Of a DNA stretch of 64,000 bases, positions 18,149-26,665 are shown in pieces. The position numbers and the translations under genes were made by a program. The first letter of the stretch is position 1; every line of letters begins with the position of its first letter. The notes below the pieces were generated by a model, which had not been told where the DNA came from, ran no database searches, and saw only the letters and a list, made by a program, of their open reading frames with translations. The DNA lies in IMG/VR virus record IMGVR_UViG_3300037047_000216, positions 10,078 to 74,077 of that record. One strand, written 5' to 3'. The DNA comes from a virus. Its lineage: Duplodnaviria > Caudoviricetes.

Positions 18149-18221
18149 TGGAGCCAGCCGGGCTCGAACCGGCGACCTCTACCATGCCGAGGTAGCGCTC
18201 TCCCAACTGAGCTATGGCCCC
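18149..18221 (-). tRNA. tRNA-Ala(GGC)
   Basis: Cloverleaf with G3-U70; loop TCGGCAT. Confidence 0.9.
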
Positions 18222-18225
18222 AAAG

Positions 18226-18417
18226 TCAAGCGTAAGACAGATCCATCCGGACGGCTTCTTCCGGCGTCATTCCTTCTGAGTAGTACCCTTCCCGGAGTTC
18301 CTCGGGATCGAAATAGTTCTGGTATGCCGCGAGGTTTTCCAGGTCCTCATGGATGTCCGCGTACACCCTGCGATACTCGGACATCCAGGTCTCAAAATCA
18401 ACGGTCGGTTCGGGCAC
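18226..18417 (-). CDS. Small acidic hypothetical protein
   Basis: ORF in operon orientation. Confidence 0.55.
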   Translation of the reverse strand: MPEPTVDFETWMSEYRRVYADIHEDLENLAAYQNYFDPEELREGYYSEGMTPEEAVRMDLSYA

Positions 18418-18754
18418 GGGACAACTCCTGCACTCTCTTTGAGTAGTACTCGGAACTGGTCTCGTTTTTCCGGTGGACTTTCCGGAATCTCCGGCTTTGT
18501 TTGCGGAGTTCCTGGTACTCCGTTTCCTCCGCCTTTGTCCGGTTTCGGAGCAGGGTTTTCAGACGTAGGGATTTTTCCCTGGTGAAAATGAAGTCAGGGC
18601 CGAACCGCTGCTCCAGATCCAGATACACCCAGGAGATTTTCCTAAGCCGTCGTTTTCCTGCAGGCATGGTTAAAGCCCAACTCCAGACGGACCGGGACAT
18701 GCTCGAATCTCCTATGGGGTGGTTACTAGGGATGGCGAGACACATCCCGTTCAC
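18398..18754 (-). CDS. Basic hypothetical protein (start uncertain)
   Basis: ORF overlapping the next gene. Confidence 0.45.
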   Translation of the reverse strand: MNGMCLAIPSNHPIGDSSMSRSVWSWALTMPAGKRRLRKISWVYLDLEQRFGPDFIFTREKSLRLKTLLRNRTKAEETEYQELRKQSRRFRKVHRKNETSSEYYSKRVQELSRARTDR

Positions 18755-18819
18755 CCTATTTTTTAGATGCCCAAGGTCTCGCGGCCTGCTGGGGCATTAC
18801 CTAGGAGTTAGCCCCATGG

Positions 18820-18897
18820 ACACGGGGGCAGGATTTGAACCTGCGTGATTTTCTGGGTATGAGCCAGATGAGGAAAACCGGACTCCTCCACCCCGTA
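18820..18897 (-). tRNA. tRNA-Met(CAT), initiator-like
   Basis: TACGGGGTGGAGG 5' end, weak 1-72 pair, loop CTCATAC. Confidence 0.8.
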
Positions 18898-18904
18898 GTA
18901 TCAG

Positions 18905-18977
18905 AGCGGGTCACGGGTCTCGAACCCGCCACCTTCAGCTTGGGAAGCTGACGCTCTACCTGATGAGCTAGACCCGC
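18905..18977 (-). tRNA. tRNA-Gly(CCC)
   Basis: Cloverleaf; loop TTCCCAA. Confidence 0.9.
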
Positions 18978-18979
18978 AT

Positions 18980-19450
18980 TGAGGGGGACTAAGAGGGCCA
19001 CCCTGCCCAGAGGACGTTCCCCTTCGGGATGTCCTCAACATAGTCCCATTACCCCCAGAGCCTCTTGGGGTTCCGTCTCTACGTTAGACGGTGTACGTTT
19101 TTGGTGCCCAGTTAAATCTGGGCCGGTTGTTAACGCACCTCCGGAAAAGCGGTCTCGATTTGTACGTGTTCGAGCCGCACGCCCAATTGGTGATGGGGCT
19201 GGGACCCCATTGGTGGCGACCTTACGGTCGGGTGAGGAACCACCAAGTCTGCGAAAAGGTACGGGTCTACCCCCGATGGGCACCAGACGACTTAGGTCAT
19301 CATTGGGTCGTCCGTCCTCTTCTCCCAGGCGAAAGATGACTCATCCCTGGTTCCGAGTACTTCATTCCGGTCGGAAGCTACCCGTTTCCCTACAGGTTAT
19401 GACTCCAGTAGGGAAGTTTCTCTGGTACAGAAAGCATTCTGTACACTCAA
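18980..19450 (-). ncRNA. Candidate large structured ncRNA (about 470 nt)
   Basis: No credible ORF; more than 10 hairpins found by eye; lies between tmRNA and tRNA-Gly. Confidence 0.5.
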
Positions 19451-19451
19451 G

Positions 19452-19819
19452 AGGAGGCGACGGGAGTCGAACCCGTGTCCGAAGTGTCGTCAACCAAGCG
19501 TCTACGTGTGTAGAACCATCGTTTTGATCTCGGGCACGGGTTTGGCCGGTCCTCGCCATCTCCCGAACCCCTCCCTCTTGTGGGTTTCAACCCGCGGTCT
19601 GTGAGGGCCACCCCCGCGGTATCAAGCTCACCTAAATAACGTTCTCCGGGGCCGATGAGCCCTCCCCTTTGAACGGGCGCGGCCGATTGTTAGGCGGCCA
19701 TCGCCATGGGTGCTTCGTTGCTGTTGGCAATTAAGCTGTGTCCTGCTTTTTACGAGGTGCAAGACATCCCCGACACGCTGCTTGACCTCAGTTCACCCCG
19801 TCGAAACCGTTACGCCCCC
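19452..19819 (-). ncRNA. ssrA: tmRNA; tag ANSNEAPMAMAA (19690..19728)
   Basis: 5' GGGGGCGTAACGGTTTCGAC, 3' GGGTTCGACTCCCGTCGCCTCC, G3-U70, tag ending in AA-stop. Confidence 0.95.
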
Positions 19820-19861
19820 AGTTACGATCACACAAACTTAGGATGTCAGAGAACAACTGAT

Positions 19862-19934
19862 TGGAGCTTACGGGGCTCGAACCCGTGACCTCAGGCTTGC
19901 AAAGCCCGCGCTCTCCCAACTGAGCTAAAGCCCC
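19862..19934 (-). tRNA. tRNA-Ala(TGC)
   Basis: Cloverleaf; loop TTTGCAA. Confidence 0.9.
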
Positions 19935-19936
19935 CG

Positions 19937-20160
19937 AATCCCTGGGTTTCCCATGCAGATCGTCCATGGGCCGTCCCAGGGGACGGCGGGAAGGCGCCCC
20001 TTCCCTTCAACTACTGGCGGGCATCCTACGAGCCTCCGAAGAGGGTCGCCAAGGACGTGGCCTGTTTCCGCCTGCCATCCGAGGCCCCCAAGTGCCCCGG
20101 TTTAATGTTTCGACCGCTTGGGCGGACGTTGCTAAACCCCGAGGGGTCAAGCAAGGGATT
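19937..20160 (-). ncRNA. Candidate structured ncRNA (about 220 nt)
   Basis: Closing AATCCCT/AGGGATT stem; several internal hairpins including CCTC-TTCG-GAGG. Confidence 0.4.
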
Positions 20161-20164
20161 GTTG

Positions 20165-20238
20165 TGGGCCTGGGAGGACTCGAACCTCCGACCTAGCGGT
20201 TATCAGCCGCTCGCTCTAGCCACCTGAGCTACAGGCCC
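20165..20238 (-). tRNA. tRNA-Ile(GAT)
   Basis: Cloverleaf; loop CTGATAA. Confidence 0.9.
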
Positions 20239-20239
20239 T

Positions 20240-20660
20240 CAGTCTCCCGACCCAGTAGCACGCCGGTTCGGGCACCGTGCAGGTCGTCTATGTCAAGACC
20301 CCGAAGGGAACTATCAAGCGAGACGTTGCCTGCTTCAGCTTGGTTTGTCAAATCCCTTCTCCACCGACAGATCCAAGCATCGTGTCGTGGAAGAGTCCGC
20401 GTGTAGCCCCCGAGAGTGCCTTTCAAGGTCGGCCTCAAGATGCCGACTCACCCCAGGACACGTGAACCGGGCCAGTGGGGGTTTCACCCGTTGCCATTCC
20501 CCTTATGAGCCCCAGTTGCTCTCAAATTCGAGGTTTGGCACCGCTTTCATCACCCTGTTCCCTAAGTGAGGGGCTGGGCAGGGCTTTACAGCGTCCGTTC
20601 AGGATCAATGCGGCCCCCTCCGCCCCGTGCCGGGTTTCTATGGGGGTCGCTCCCCTGGCA
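20240..20660 (-). ncRNA. Candidate large structured ncRNA (about 420 nt)
   Basis: Directly downstream of promoter motif 20668; no credible ORF; hairpin-rich. Confidence 0.45.
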
Positions 20661-20667
20661 AGTGATC

Positions 20668-20695
20668 CTACTCGAAACCGCGTCCGGATGATCCC
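20668..20695 (-). promoter_or_regulatory. Phage promoter motif
   Basis: Exact motif copy. Confidence 0.7.
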
Positions 20696-20836
20696 CAGGA
20701 TTTGAAAAATCGATCCTGGAAACTAAAATCCTGTCCGGCCAAAACATGCTGAAAACGGGGGTACGCCCCTCGAACACAGTGCTCCGGATCCAGTTGGCAC
20801 CTTGGAACTCTCCCCCCTGTTCTATCCGGGTGAGCA

Positions 20837-21064
20837 TCAAATGTCCGTGAAGTCCCGATGTTTTAAATACAGGCGCTCCCGTTCCAGCACCGTTTTGGCA
20901 GGGAGGCTGCTCCACGCTTCGGTCACTTCATAGCGACCTTCCATCGTGTCGATCCTCAGGACCCGCCCTTTCTGGGCGAACTTGGTCGGGATCCATGCAA
21001 AGTGGAACGCTCTTGTCTCCGTGTTCGTCAGTTTACACTGAGTGTAAGTTTCGGGAGTAGACAT
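20837..21064 (-). CDS. Hypothetical protein
   Basis: ORF with GGAG upstream. Confidence 0.55.
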   Translation of the reverse strand: MSTPETYTQCKLTNTETRAFHFAWIPTKFAQKGRVLRIDTMEGRYEVTEAWSSLPAKTVLERERLYLKHRDFTDI

Positions 21065-21076
21065 AGGAACGACTCC

Positions 21077-21856
21077 TTATTTTTTGGCGTTCCACCGAGC
21101 AAGCCACGCTTCCGCAGCTTCAACAGCATATTCCATGTCAAGGAAGATCCCTGCCTTCTCTTTGCGGAGACCGTTGTAAACCGTTGTTGCGGCCCAGGTG
21201 TAACCCCCAGCCAAGTTCTTTTGGACTCGAACACTACCATCCGGACGTTCCCAGGCCCGCAATCCTTTTAGATCCGGCTCCACGATAACCAGTTTGTGTT
21301 TTCTCGCGATGCGACGTTCTACGGCTTCAAAACGCATGTCCTGGTCAAGGATCTGACGGGGTACTGGTCTCCCAGTTAGGCGTCGATAACAGTCTACCCC
21401 CATCACCCCTTTGTTGGTGATCAGAGCCCATTTGGTCAAACCGGAACCACAGATGTCACAGGTATAGCTTTCGCCTTCGACTAAAGGGTCGACAACCCGT
21501 TCGATTTCCACCGAGGAGGCTTTTTTGGACGGTCGCACACGACGGGAGTCCGCATACGCAACATCCCCGTCGATGTTGATCCCCTTACCCTCGGTGAAGA
21601 CTACCCTGATCCGTTTGACACTATCGAAGTTGATCTGTTTGATATCTTTGTATGTGCGTTTCCGGTCCGGGTCGTTGTCGTTGAGGTACATGACCTCGTA
21701 GTGGTCAACTTCCCGTTTCCCTACCGCCCGCTCAACATCCGCACGGGTCACGGAAGGTCTCTGGGCTGCGGAGTGGCACATCCCCATGTTGGCGGACAAC
21801 CACCTGGAGGCAATTCGTTTGGCACACGACGATTTTTCGGGTTCAAAGTTGAACAT
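21077..21856 (-). CDS. Hypothetical protein
   Basis: 259-aa ORF with GAGGAGG upstream; CxxC motifs. Confidence 0.6.
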   Translation of the reverse strand: MFNFEPEKSSCAKRIASRWLSANMGMCHSAAQRPSVTRADVERAVGKREVDHYEVMYLNDNDPDRKRTYKDIKQINFDSVKRIRVVFTEGKGINIDGDVAYADSRRVRPSKKASSVEIERVVDPLVEGESYTCDICGSGLTKWALITNKGVMGVDCYRRLTGRPVPRQILDQDMRFEAVERRIARKHKLVIVEPDLKGLRAWERPDGSVRVQKNLAGGYTWAATTVYNGLRKEKAGIFLDMEYAVEAAEAWLARWNAKK

Positions 21857-21900
21857 GAGATCCTCCTCTTGGAGAACTCATGTATAGAGACTGTAACGGA

Positions 21901-21975
21901 TGGAGCGAGCAACGGGAGTCGAACCCGTCTAAAACAGCTTGGAAGGCTGTCGCCCGACCGCTAGGCCATGCTCGC
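21901..21975 (-). tRNA. tRNA-Gly(TCC), CCA encoded
   Basis: Cloverleaf; loop CTTCCAA. Confidence 0.9.
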
Positions 21976-22032
21976 ATTTTCCCGGGCGCCAAGCGCCCGG
22001 GAACGTTAGTATCGCAGGGATTTTCTCCCTTG

Positions 22033-22614
22033 TCAACCGATTCTGACGATCCCTGAGGGCAGGATGTGGTAACTGCGCTTCTCCCCCATCTCCAGGAACC
22101 GCTGGGCTACGAGTGCCATCTGGGCGGACACGAGCGCGTGGAACGGGAGGTTCCGTCCGTCTTCGCACGTAGCCTGCCCGGAGTCGCCTCCCTCGTCGAT
22201 CCTGAACATCTCGTCCCACACGACCCGTCCGAGCGTTCCTGCGCCATCCATGGCACCGTGGAGGCAAGGGATTCCCTGTGCCCGAACGAACCTCTGGATG
22301 ACGTGCCTTGCCTCGGGGTTGTCGACGCAGTCGAGGACGAGTGCCGCCCCACCCAGGAGCACCTGGACGTTGTCAGCCGTCAGGCGGTTTGTGTTGGCCT
22401 CGATTTTGAGCCCCCACATCGCCTGGAAGGCTTGCTGGAGCGCCTGGGTTTTGTTGCGGCTCACCCCCATCTTGGTGTGGAACTGTGACTGGGTATTTTT
22501 GGTCTCTACCCGATCTGGGTCAACAAGTCGAATCTCCAGGGGGAGATTTCTAATGAACAGCGCCACATGGCTCCCCAGCGCTCCTACACCGACGATGACG
22601 ACTGGATTGGTCAT
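22033..22614 (-). CDS. ThiF/E1-like adenylyltransferase
   Basis: VVIVGVGALGSHVA, DPDRVETKN, LVLDCVDN..AR; Cys in TCEDG. Confidence 0.9.
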   Translation of the reverse strand: MTNPVVIVGVGALGSHVALFIRNLPLEIRLVDPDRVETKNTQSQFHTKMGVSRNKTQALQQAFQAMWGLKIEANTNRLTADNVQVLLGGAALVLDCVDNPEARHVIQRFVRAQGIPCLHGAMDGAGTLGRVVWDEMFRIDEGGDSGQATCEDGRNLPFHALVSAQMALVAQRFLEMGEKRSYHILPSGIVRIG

Positions 22615-22626
22615 GGATTTTTCCTA

Positions 22627-23103
22627 TCAGGATAGGGGTTCCATCGTGAACCGCCCCATCCGCATCTCCTTGATCCTGGTGACGGGCTTTTCGGCCTCGT
22701 CCCCCATTGCCAAGGCCGCCACGATCTCCTCCGAGATTTCGTTGACGATGGCGACGGGCTCGTTGAACGCCATCTCCGGGAACCCTATTCCCCAGCCATG
22801 TTCGTCCAGGATCTCCCATATGTTCAGGTTTCCGTCTGTGACCCCACCCGCGTAGCTCAGGAACAGATCGCGGATCTCGTCCTCCCCGACCGGCTGCCAT
22901 TCCCGGATGGGCTTGGAGCAGTGGGGGCACACCGGCCGGTCGTCTTTTTGGGCATGTTCCCATTCGGCGGCGATTTTGAACACCTGCCCCAGATGCCGTA
23001 GTCCGTCGAGTACCGTCTCGAACCCCGTCCGGTGATGGAGGACGAGGCAGCCGTTGCTGCTCGACTCCACGTAGCCACCGTACAGAACGAAGATACGGAT
23101 CAT
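22627..23103 (-). CDS. Hypothetical protein with CPHC zinc ribbon
   Basis: Within the ubiquitin-like operon. Confidence 0.6.
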   Translation of the reverse strand: MIRIFVLYGGYVESSSNGCLVLHHRTGFETVLDGLRHLGQVFKIAAEWEHAQKDDRPVCPHCSKPIREWQPVGEDEIRDLFLSYAGGVTDGNLNIWEILDEHGWGIGFPEMAFNEPVAIVNEISEEIVAALAMGDEAEKPVTRIKEMRMGRFTMEPLS

Positions 23104-23309
23104 TGGGAGGACTCCTCCTCGATCTCGACCAGGATCCGGAGTCGGGAGTTTTTGAACCCCGTCCGGGTGACCTCAGTGTAGGTCTCGATGTTCAACGAGA
23201 CCCACTCGAAGGGGCTGTTGCTGTTTGGCGGACACTCTCCGTTGAGGAACCCTTTGAACGATCCCTCGGCATTCAACATCAGTGTCCGCTCGAACCGCCG
23301 AGTTGTCAT
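23100..23309 (-). CDS. Small hypothetical protein
   Basis: Coupled to both neighbours by 4-nt overlaps. Confidence 0.55.
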   Translation of the reverse strand: MTTRRFERTLMLNAEGSFKGFLNGECPPNSNSPFEWVSLNIETYTEVTRTGFKNSRLRILVEIEEESSQ

Positions 23310-23563
23310 GCGAACCGGGTCTTCGGGCGAACCAGAAGCTGATTCGGGAACCCGTTACCCGCCGGGACGCGCTCGATCTCGAAGCCGCTCAGGTCGGCGT
23401 CGGGATCCGCCGTGATGTTGATCACGGACCCGCTCCGGATGGCCTCCTGTGCCCACGCCCGGACCTCCACGTCCGTCGCGTCGTAGTAGACCGGGTTCGG
23501 CAAATCGCCCTGTTCACCGTGGTAGGTGATGTTCAGCCGTGCCTGATTTGCTTCCATCTTCAT
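23306..23563 (-). CDS. Candidate ubiquitin-like (beta-grasp) protein
   Basis: 85 aa, ARLNITYHGEQGDLPNPV...LLVRPKTRFA; lies between JAB and ThiF genes. Confidence 0.55.
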   Translation of the reverse strand: MKMEANQARLNITYHGEQGDLPNPVYYDATDVEVRAWAQEAIRSGSVINITADPDADLSGFEIERVPAGNGFPNQLLVRPKTRFA

Positions 23564-24372
23564 CCTCCGTTTCGTCTGGACCGTCGTCGAAGTTCCGCAC
23601 TGTCAGCTACTCGACTCGGTGGTTCGATGATCCCATAGTTGTACCGATCCGGACCCACCCACCGGAAATATCTGATGGTGGAAAATGTCACGATCGGCCA
23701 GATCAAACGTCTGCCCAGTCCATCTTCGATGGCCACAAACGTCGTTCGGTCTTCCCAGGATGGATGAGGTTCTCCCACCCACGGATGCGTGTGAGCCACC
23801 CCACCGAGGTTCTTTCGGTGCTCCCAGATCACTTTCCACAGAAGGGAACTGTCCGGGATACTGACGGCCGTTCTTCCCGGAGGGTCGTGCCAGTAGATGG
23901 TCTTCCCGCTCGGATCGAACACGAGTGCCACCTCGATGACCTCGTGATCGTCCTCCCGCGTCCCCGCGTCAAGGGACTCGAAGATTTCCCGGACGCAGGT
24001 TTCCATCTCCAGCCAGAACTCTGGCTCCTCGAACGTGAAATCCTTAACGTCCTTTCGGAAGTCATAGGATTTCATCCACTCGACCCAGGTGCTGTATCCC
24101 CGAGCCCCCCCGGTGTCGTCATACCACCCGATCCAGTCCCCGCCGATACGAGACAACTGAAATCGTTTGGCGATCTCCCGAGAGACGCTGGTTGCGAATT
24201 CGGAGTTTCTACCCCCAGATGTATAGGCCACCTCCAGCACATTGGCTGGTTTCCACTGAAACCAGCATCCATACTCCCCCTCCACTCCGATCTCCGGGGC
24301 AGAAAAGAGGTACTCCTGGCATCGAGCGTATTCTTCTGGGGTGCTGAATTCGAGCCAGCGTTCTTGACCCAT
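23560..24372 (-). CDS. JAB/MPN metalloisopeptidase fused to an N-terminal unknown domain
   Basis: E...HTHP....PSWED JAMM motif. Confidence 0.8.
   Translation of the reverse strand: MGQERWLEFSTPEEYARCQEYLFSAPEIGVEGEYGCWFQWKPANVLEVAYTSGGRNSEFATSVSREIAKRFQLSRIGGDWIGWYDDTGGARGYSTWVEWMKSYDFRKDVKDFTFEEPEFWLEMETCVREIFESLDAGTREDDHEVIEVALVFDPSGKTIYWHDPPGRTAVSIPDSSLLWKVIWEHRKNLGGVAHTHPWVGEPHPSWEDRTTFVAIEDGLGRRLIWPIVTFSTIRYFRWVGPDRYNYGIIEPPSRVADSAELRRRSRRNGG
23607..23634 (-). promoter_or_regulatory. Phage promoter motif (internal, upstream of Ubl)
   Basis: Exact motif copy. Confidence 0.65.
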
Positions 24373-25322
24373 CAGTCGTCGTCCATGTCCATGTCACCGT
24401 CCCCATGCCGAAACACATGAAGACGATGCGTATCCATTCCCTCACGGATGACCGTGGGTAGGGACTCCAGTGTGAACAGCCGGTCGTTTCCAGCCAAACA
24501 CACTCCAGCCTCCACTACCCGAAGCGTCCTGGTTTCGACGACGCATTCCAATCGTCGGTGTCGATACCGATACTGGACGATCATCTCCCCGCGGTTCACG
24601 TTCGGGCGGGAAGCCAGAAACTCCGCTCCCCCGATTGCCAAGGCCGCCCGTGCGGCTGCCGGAAAATCATGTTCTGCCAGCGCACGGCGTCCCGCGGCGG
24701 TACCGATACTCCGGAGTGCCTCTTCCATCTGCTCCGCGCGCAGCCGCTGCCGATCTTCCTCCGCACGGCGTGCCGTCGCTTCCCGTTCCCGCCTCTCCGC
24801 CTGCACCCTTTGGTGGGATAGCCAACGGAATGCGAGATCAAGTGCCGGGGTAACACCGGAGATGGCATCTACAGATGTCAGGCGATCCAGATAGGCACTC
24901 TCGACTTCGGCCTCAGCCCCTTGTGGGAACTCCATTCGGGTGTAGATGAGGTTTCCGTCCCGATCCCGAATTGCGACCGCACGGCTGAAAGTTTCGAGCC
25001 CCAGTGGGACGAGGGCTACATGAACCGTCTGATCAAACAGTTTCTCGGGGTTTGGGTCGACCCGAACGTTATCCGGGATCAGGCGATCTCCCACAAGATA
25101 GCCCCGAACGATCTGATGCCCTCTCTCGAACTCGGGATCCTGGTCGGCTTCACGACCGACACGAGCGTTACGGCTCCCGTCCACGGCGAACTCGTACCAC
25201 CCGTACTCAGCAGGAAGCCGACCAGTCACCCGCCAAGATCGGTCTCGACAGTGAACTGTCCGCCCTCCGATCCATGGGAGGACAATCGCATGGCTGGTTT
25301 CGATCAGATCTCGCCATCCCAT
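24372..25322 (-). CDS. Uncharacterised protein of the Ubl operon (E2-like candidate)
   Basis: First gene of the operon; C-terminal ECVV...EAGVCL Cys-containing domain. Confidence 0.5.
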   Translation of the reverse strand: MGWRDLIETSHAIVLPWIGGRTVHCRDRSWRVTGRLPAEYGWYEFAVDGSRNARVGREADQDPEFERGHQIVRGYLVGDRLIPDNVRVDPNPEKLFDQTVHVALVPLGLETFSRAVAIRDRDGNLIYTRMEFPQGAEAEVESAYLDRLTSVDAISGVTPALDLAFRWLSHQRVQAERREREATARRAEEDRQRLRAEQMEEALRSIGTAAGRRALAEHDFPAAARAALAIGGAEFLASRPNVNRGEMIVQYRYRHRRLECVVETRTLRVVEAGVCLAGNDRLFTLESLPTVIREGMDTHRLHVFRHGDGDMDMDDD

Positions 25323-25344
25323 GGACGACCCTCCTTGGACTAAA

Positions 25345-25372
25345 CTACTCGGATTGGGTGGGAGATGATCCC
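25345..25372 (-). promoter_or_regulatory. Phage promoter motif
   Basis: Exact motif copy heading the Ubl operon. Confidence 0.7.
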
Positions 25373-25385
25373 GGAAAGATCTAGG

Positions 25386-25952
25386 TTAGCGGAGAAGAGA
25401 CTCCATCTCGGGGAAGTGCCTTTGAAGCATGTTCCGTTTCTGTCCCCCGAGACCGATGAGATCGTGCTGCAGTTCTTTTCGGGCAGTCCAGTACTGCTCG
25501 TTGGCTTTGTCCGCACGCTCTTGGAGCCCTTTCAGTTTCGTTTGGGTCTCTTTCGGGAGTTGCTTGAAATAGCGTCCTCCCGGTTTGACCTGATTCAAGT
25601 TGGTGACATCCCGTGTAGGGATCTGCGCCGCCGCTTCATAAGCGGAATTTTCGAGATCCCTGGAACTCTCAGAGTACTCCTTGGAGATGGGACCCTTGTC
25701 CAGATCTTCCATTTTCTTGAGAACCGGCCCGACCTGCGGGTCGTCCTTGAGCTTCTGTTTGGTCTGCGGGTTTGCGGAGGGTTTTACCTTGTGCTTGGAC
25801 TTGTCAGCATCCGGATGCTCCTTCAGATACTGCTGAAGCTGCTCCTTGGTGCTGAACTCCATAGCTGTCCTCCGTAGAATTGGAACCAGATGCTGACGCA
25901 GTTCCGGGACTTCATGTGCCAGTCGGATTAATTCATTCCTGAGCAATTTCAT
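25386..25952 (-). CDS. Charged protein with shared N-terminal leader (paralog of 59361..60368)
   Basis: LRNELIRLAHEVPELRQHLVPILRRTAMEFSTKEQ..QYLKEHP. Confidence 0.7.
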   Translation of the reverse strand: MKLLRNELIRLAHEVPELRQHLVPILRRTAMEFSTKEQLQQYLKEHPDADKSKHKVKPSANPQTKQKLKDDPQVGPVLKKMEDLDKGPISKEYSESSRDLENSAYEAAAQIPTRDVTNLNQVKPGGRYFKQLPKETQTKLKGLQERADKANEQYWTARKELQHDLIGLGGQKRNMLQRHFPEMESLLR

Positions 25953-26003
25953 GTTGCCTCCACAGCTAACCTGATGGAGGCACTCAAAAGGATCTTTACC
26001 GAA

Positions 26004-26252
26004 TCAGGATGTTGGGGCTACATAGCCCGTATCCTCGATCCATGTTTTCGTGTCCGGGTAGCCGAGATCCGACGGGGAGATCCATCCGATGCAGTTGGTT
26101 CCTTGCATGACGGCCATGGAGCCCGCGTACCCGCGAAGGGGTAGCACCGTGAAACCAGGCTCCATTTGCCGGATCCGAACATTCGGTACGAATACCCGGA
26201 GATGATCTGCTCCTGGCGCTCCGTAGTAACCCCATTCACCGTCGTGCATCAC
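26004..26252 (-). CDS. Hypothetical protein
   Basis: Coupled ORF. Confidence 0.5.
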   Translation of the reverse strand: MMHDGEWGYYGAPGADHLRVFVPNVRIRQMEPGFTVLPLRGYAGSMAVMQGTNCIGWISPSDLGYPDTKTWIEDTGYVAPTS

Positions 26253-26602
26253 TTTGCCTTGTTCCGTGCCCTGGCCTGTGCTAGCTCATCCGGGTCGAGG
26301 AGCGCCATCAGGATGTCGTCCATCGTCCGGCAGAAACCCTCCGGGAGGGACGTAATCCGACCGTTCTCGTCCGGACCAACGCACAGGCCCTTGTACATGA
26401 TCCGAAGCGGAAGGTGAAGCATGCCCCGGGCGTGCATCAGGCGAGCCGCGTCGATCAGCACCTGAGACCCGACGAGAACTTGGACCTCGTCCTCCCCACG
26501 CTCATGATTGAGGATGTCCCCATCATTCGTGACACGGATCCAGTCGAAAACGTCCCCGTCCCTGACGGCTTCACCATGCTTGGCATCGTAGTGCAGGATC
26601 AT
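26249..26602 (-). CDS. Hypothetical protein
   Basis: GGAGG upstream; follows promoter motif. Confidence 0.6.
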   Translation of the reverse strand: MILHYDAKHGEAVRDGDVFDWIRVTNDGDILNHERGEDEVQVLVGSQVLIDAARLMHARGMLHLPLRIMYKGLCVGPDENGRITSLPEGFCRTMDDILMALLDPDELAQARARNKAK

Positions 26603-26632
26603 GTAACCTCCAGGGCACCCTGCCCCCTCTGA

Positions 26633-26660
26633 CTACTCAGATGGGGGACAGGATGATCCC
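26633..26660 (-). promoter_or_regulatory. Phage promoter motif
   Basis: Exact motif copy. Confidence 0.7.
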
Positions 26661-26665
26661 AGGAG

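Noticed and set aside
18980-20660. RNase P RNA or group II intron as explanation for the large ncRNA candidates
   Set aside because: No GAGGAAAGUCC/P4 signature and no domain V motif found by eye
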